A DNA stretch of 37,546 nucleotides from assembly GCA_045807985.1 (NCBI GenBank), contig JBJMGL010000127.1, positions 1 to 37,546 on the forward strand. Direction: 5' to 3'. Shown here in pieces: positions 34,861 to 37,546 of the stretch. The position numbers and the translations under genes are program-made. How positions within the stretch are numbered: the first letter of the stretch is position 1; every line of letters starts with the position of its first letter. The DNA comes from Bryobacteraceae bacterium (GTDB lineage: Bacteria; Acidobacteriota; Terriglobia; Bryobacterales; Bryobacteraceae). Under the pieces are notes generated by a model. That model searched no databases. It was not told the origin of the DNA and was given only the letters and a program-made list of their open reading frames with translations.

Positions 34861-35637
34861 ATGATTGAACTCGTAAGAGATTCCATTCGCTATCGCGAAC
34901 TGATTTGGGCGCTGGCTCTGAAAGAATTAAAAGTTCGCTACAAGCGTTCGGTCCTGGGCTTTCTATGGGCGCTGCTGAACCCCATGCTGCTCATGCTGGT
35001 GTTGACCGTGGTTTTCTCCAGCGTGCTCAAAATGAATATTCCCCATTATGCGATCTTCCTGCTGAGCATGATTTTGCCGTGGACCTTCTTTTCACAGTCG
35101 CTGGCGTATGCGGCCGAATCCGTGGTTGGAAACGGCGATCTCCTTAAAAAAATTCGCGTCGCCAAAGTGGTTTTTCCGTTAGCGGCAGTGGCATCGAACA
35201 TGATTAATCTGCTGCTGTCATTGATCCCGCTCATTCTGATTGTGCTTGTTATGGGGCATCCGTTCTACGTTACATGGCTTTATCTGCCGGTGCCGCTGCT
35301 GGCTTTAACGATTTTCACGATTGGCGCGACCTTTTTCTTTGCCGCGGCTAATGTTTACTACCGCGACGTTGCCCATATTTTGCAGGTTGTCCTGCAGGTT
35401 TGGTTTTATATCACGCCGATTCTTTACTCGATTGATTTCTTCCCAGCCCAGTACCGTTGGATTTTCAAGCTCAACCCGCTGATCTTTGTGATGAATGGTT
35501 TCCGGCTCAGCGTTTACTATGGCCTGCTCCCAACGGCGCAATCAATTTTGGCTTCGTTCGTTTGCGCGTTTCTGGCTTTGTTTATCGGCTTTGCTGTTTT
35601 CCGCCGGTATCAAGATCAGTTTGTTTACTACGTCTGA
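34861..35637 (+). CDS. ABC-2 type polysaccharide/O-antigen/teichoic-acid exporter permease (Wzm/TagG-like)
   Basis: 'ELIWALALKELKVRYKRSVLGFLWALLNP' is the canonical ABC-2 N-terminus. Six TM segments. Confidence 0.85.
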   Translation: MIELVRDSIRYRELIWALALKELKVRYKRSVLGFLWALLNPMLLMLVLTVVFSSVLKMNIPHYAIFLLSMILPWTFFSQSLAYAAESVVGNGDLLKKIRVAKVVFPLAAVASNMINLLLSLIPLILIVLVMGHPFYVTWLYLPVPLLALTIFTIGATFFFAAANVYYRDVAHILQVVLQVWFYITPILYSIDFFPAQYRWIFKLNPLIFVMNGFRLSVYYGLLPTAQSILASFVCAFLALFIGFAVFRRYQDQFVYYV

Positions 35638-35649
35638 GGGAAACAGCCT

Positions 35650-36420
35650 ATGAAATCTCCCGTTATCAGAGTAGAAAACGTAACGCAGCGGTTCCGGCTC
35701 ATTCATGAGCGCCCAGATTCTTTGCGGGAATTATTTACTAAATTTTTCCGGCACAAATCGGAGTTTCATAATTTCGAAGCGGTGCGGAATGTCTCCTTCG
35801 ATGTGCATGAAGGAGAAATGGTTGGCTTAATTGGCCGCAACGGTTCAGGCAAAAGCACGCTGCTAAAACTGATTGCCGGAGTGTACAAGCCGACCTTCGG
35901 ACGGGTGGAAGTACATGGTTCGATTGCTCCTTTGATCGAATTGGGGGCCGGTTTTCACGGCGAACTCACGGGACGCGAAAATGTGCTGATGAACGGACTG
36001 CTGATGGGTTTCACGAAACGTGAGATGAAGGCACGCGAAAAGAGTATTATTGATTTCGCCGATATTGGCGATTTCATCGATTCGCCCGTGAAGCAGTATT
36101 CGTCAGGCATGTACACTCGTTTGGCATTCGCCGTGGCAACAGAAGTAAATCCAGATATTCTCGTAGTGGATGAGATTCTCGCAGTGGGCGATACGGCGTT
36201 CCAACAGAAATGCTTTGAAAGACTGGAAAACTTTCGCCGTTCCGGCAAAACAATCTTGTTTGTGACACACAGCTTGGGACAGGTTGTGGAGCATTGTGAT
36301 CGCGCTCTTTACTTGGATAAGGGACGTATTGTCGCGGATGGGGAACCGGAACAAATTGTGGAATTATATACAGCCGCGAATGCCGTTGAGCAACCAGAGT
36401 TATTAAACGCTCCTTATTAA
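35650..36420 (+). CDS. ABC exporter ATP-binding protein (Wzt/TagH-like, short form)
   Basis: Walker A 'GRNGSGKST', signature 'YSSGMYTRLAF', Walker B 'ILVVDEILAVGD', H-loop 'VTHS'. In the stop codon TAA (36418-36420), TA is the duplicated IS target and the final A is the first base of the IS. Confidence 0.9.
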   Translation: MKSPVIRVENVTQRFRLIHERPDSLRELFTKFFRHKSEFHNFEAVRNVSFDVHEGEMVGLIGRNGSGKSTLLKLIAGVYKPTFGRVEVHGSIAPLIELGAGFHGELTGRENVLMNGLLMGFTKREMKAREKSIIDFADIGDFIDSPVKQYSSGMYTRLAFAVATEVNPDILVVDEILAVGDTAFQQKCFERLENFRRSGKTILFVTHSLGQVVEHCDRALYLDKGRIVADGEPEQIVELYTAANAVEQPELLNAPY

Positions 36421-37544
36421 GTAGGTCCTCAAAAGTCTTTTGACAGCTTGGCGAGCCAGAAACGGCCAGACAAAATCCCCGCTTTGCGTAATCGTTCGCG
36501 CCGGGACAAACCTAATATGTATTGACACGCTGCCTCGGCGCTTTGGTCCATCGAGCGGGTGGGCTGGTTGGCTAACACGTTGGCTTTTACGTGTTTCCAC
36601 AGATTGTCCATCGCCTTCAACTCCGGCGTGGCGCGTGGCAACCAGCGCCCTTCAACTCCTAGCTCACGAACCAGTGCCCGGCTCTCGGCCGCCGTATGCG
36701 CCGGACCACGGTCTTCAAACAGCACAATGTGCCAACCCCGCCAGTGCGACCGGATCTGGCGCAAAAAAGCTTGCTGCGTTTCTGCGTCCCATTCCGCCGT
36801 CGCCAGTAGGATCACGTCGCCGCTGCGGATGTTGATCGCCCCGTGCAAAATGCGCTTGGCACGAGAGCCACTGATGGGCACTTCGGCTTGTGCTCCGACT
36901 GGCCCATAACGGGCATAGAGCGGCGGAGTTTCGGTCACAATGGTTTCGTCCAACATCAGCACGAGCGTGCGGAGACGGCCTTTTAAGCCTCTTTGCAGCC
37001 CCCTTTTGCTTGGCGCCATGTCGCGGACCGAAGCGCCAGGCGATAGCGCGGACGTTTCCAGCGCCGCCGCAATCGGTGAATGACCCGACGCACGCTCATG
37101 ACACTGACCACTTTTTGATGTTGCTCGGCTAAATGTCTCTGCAGCAGCGGAGCCGTCCAGGCTGTGGCGGCATAGCCCCAATCCCGAGGATCGCCGTCGA
37201 TCAGTTCGGCGATGAGCGGATCGATGACTCCCTGCGCAGTCGCCGGACGACCGCTTCGTCCGGCATCGGTCAAGCGTTCGGAAACCGGGCCGGACCGGAC
37301 GGCGAAGCACGTTATCCAGTTGTGGACTGTTTGGCGGGAAACCCCGAGCCGTACTGCAATTTCCGTCGTGCTTTCGCCTTCGTCGCGCCATAACAACGCT
37401 TGTCCGCGCCGGAGAAGACGCGCCTCGCGCGTTCCATGCACGAGCCGTTGGACAGTCATGCGCTGCTGGGTCGTCAGGCGGAACGGAGCACTGTCATCAG
37501 CCATGACCCGTAGACGCTTGTCAAAAGACTTTTGAGGACCTACT
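36420..37544 (-). mobile_element. IS630-family insertion sequence, complete (1125 bp) with TA target-site duplication
   Basis: The 26-bp perfect terminal inverted repeats AGTAGGTCCTCAAAAGTCTTTTGACA (36420-36445 and the reverse complement of 37519-37544) are flanked by TA at 36418-19 and 37545-46. Confidence 0.9.
36429..37504 (-). CDS. IS630-family transposase, two overlapping frames (HTH part 36983-37504; DDE part 36429-~37010), probable -1 frameshift
   Basis: The N-terminal HTH is 'STTEIAVRLGVSRQTVHNWI'. The DDE part is 'LMLDETIV...', 'HIVLFEDRGPAHTA' and 'LPRATPELKAMDNLWKHVK'. The frames join at CAAAAGGGGGC (about 36998-37010): ...RSATWRQAKGG / LQRGLKGRLRTLVLMLDE... Confidence 0.85.
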
Positions 37545-37546
37545 TA

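Noticed and set aside
1-37546. CRISPR arrays, rRNA, tmRNA/RNase P/SRP RNA, retron or reverse-transcriptase elements, canonical toxin-antitoxin pairs, known multi-gene defence systems
   Set aside because: By eye I found no regularly spaced direct repeats, no conserved RNA signatures and no RT, nuclease, helicase or Cas-like ORFs. Absence by inspection is not proof, and an Rfam/DefenseFinder/PADLOC run would be decisive.

Overview
By eye the window is about 50-60 % GC. It looks like the chromosome of a Gram-negative soil bacterium. The protein repertoire (OPT transporter, several secreted S9/S8 peptidases and an amidohydrolase, ECF sigma modules, integrase N-termini of the 'MIEVYTRH..C.CPKW' type) looks Acidobacteria-like, but I cannot confirm taxonomy without a database search.

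Layout:
(1) 1-4900 is a decayed integration hot-spot. It holds two integrase N-termini diverging from a tRNA-Ser-like remnant, a frameshifted RibD_C/DHFR-like gene and a SAM methyltransferase. An ISAs1-type transposase remnant sits in a striking >80 % GC patch, followed by a frameshifted secreted-protein/lipoprotein pair and about 1 kb with no convincing gene.
(2) 4966-23238 is mostly housekeeping and nutrient acquisition: pyk-hemH, rsmI, OPT transporter, an ArsA/Get3-like ATPase plus an 81-aa ORF, a frameshifted S9 peptidase, fumC, DUF192 with a CpaA-type prepilin peptidase, a GH35-like hydrolase, a DUF4239-like protein and gcdH. An MPN/JAB-like membrane protein lies convergent with a single-ring Clp/Hsp100-type AAA+ ATPase.
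(3) 23440-26041 holds a signal-peptide-less S8 subtilase followed by a stand-alone propeptide(I9)-like 80-aa ORF, and a divergent uncharacterised gene.
(4) 26049-31323 is the most system-like part. A tightly translationally coupled five-gene operon (XRE-HTH, His-rich NfeD/YqiJ-like, flotillin, PspA/IM30, lipoprotein) is transcribed divergently from an ECF sigma / anti-sigma / LTXXQ (Spy/CpxP/CnrX-like) operon. The two share overlapping back-to-back promoters.
(5) 31365-36420 encodes a secreted amidohydrolase, a second S9 peptidase and a Wzm/Wzt-type ABC-2 exporter.
(6) 36420-37544 is a complete IS630-family element with 26-bp perfect TIRs and a TA duplication. Its first base completes the stop codon of the ABC ATPase.

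I saw no rRNA, functional tRNA or CRISPR array. Two of the apparent pseudogene lesions are single-base deficits in A4/T4 runs, so sequencing error is a live alternative to real gene decay.
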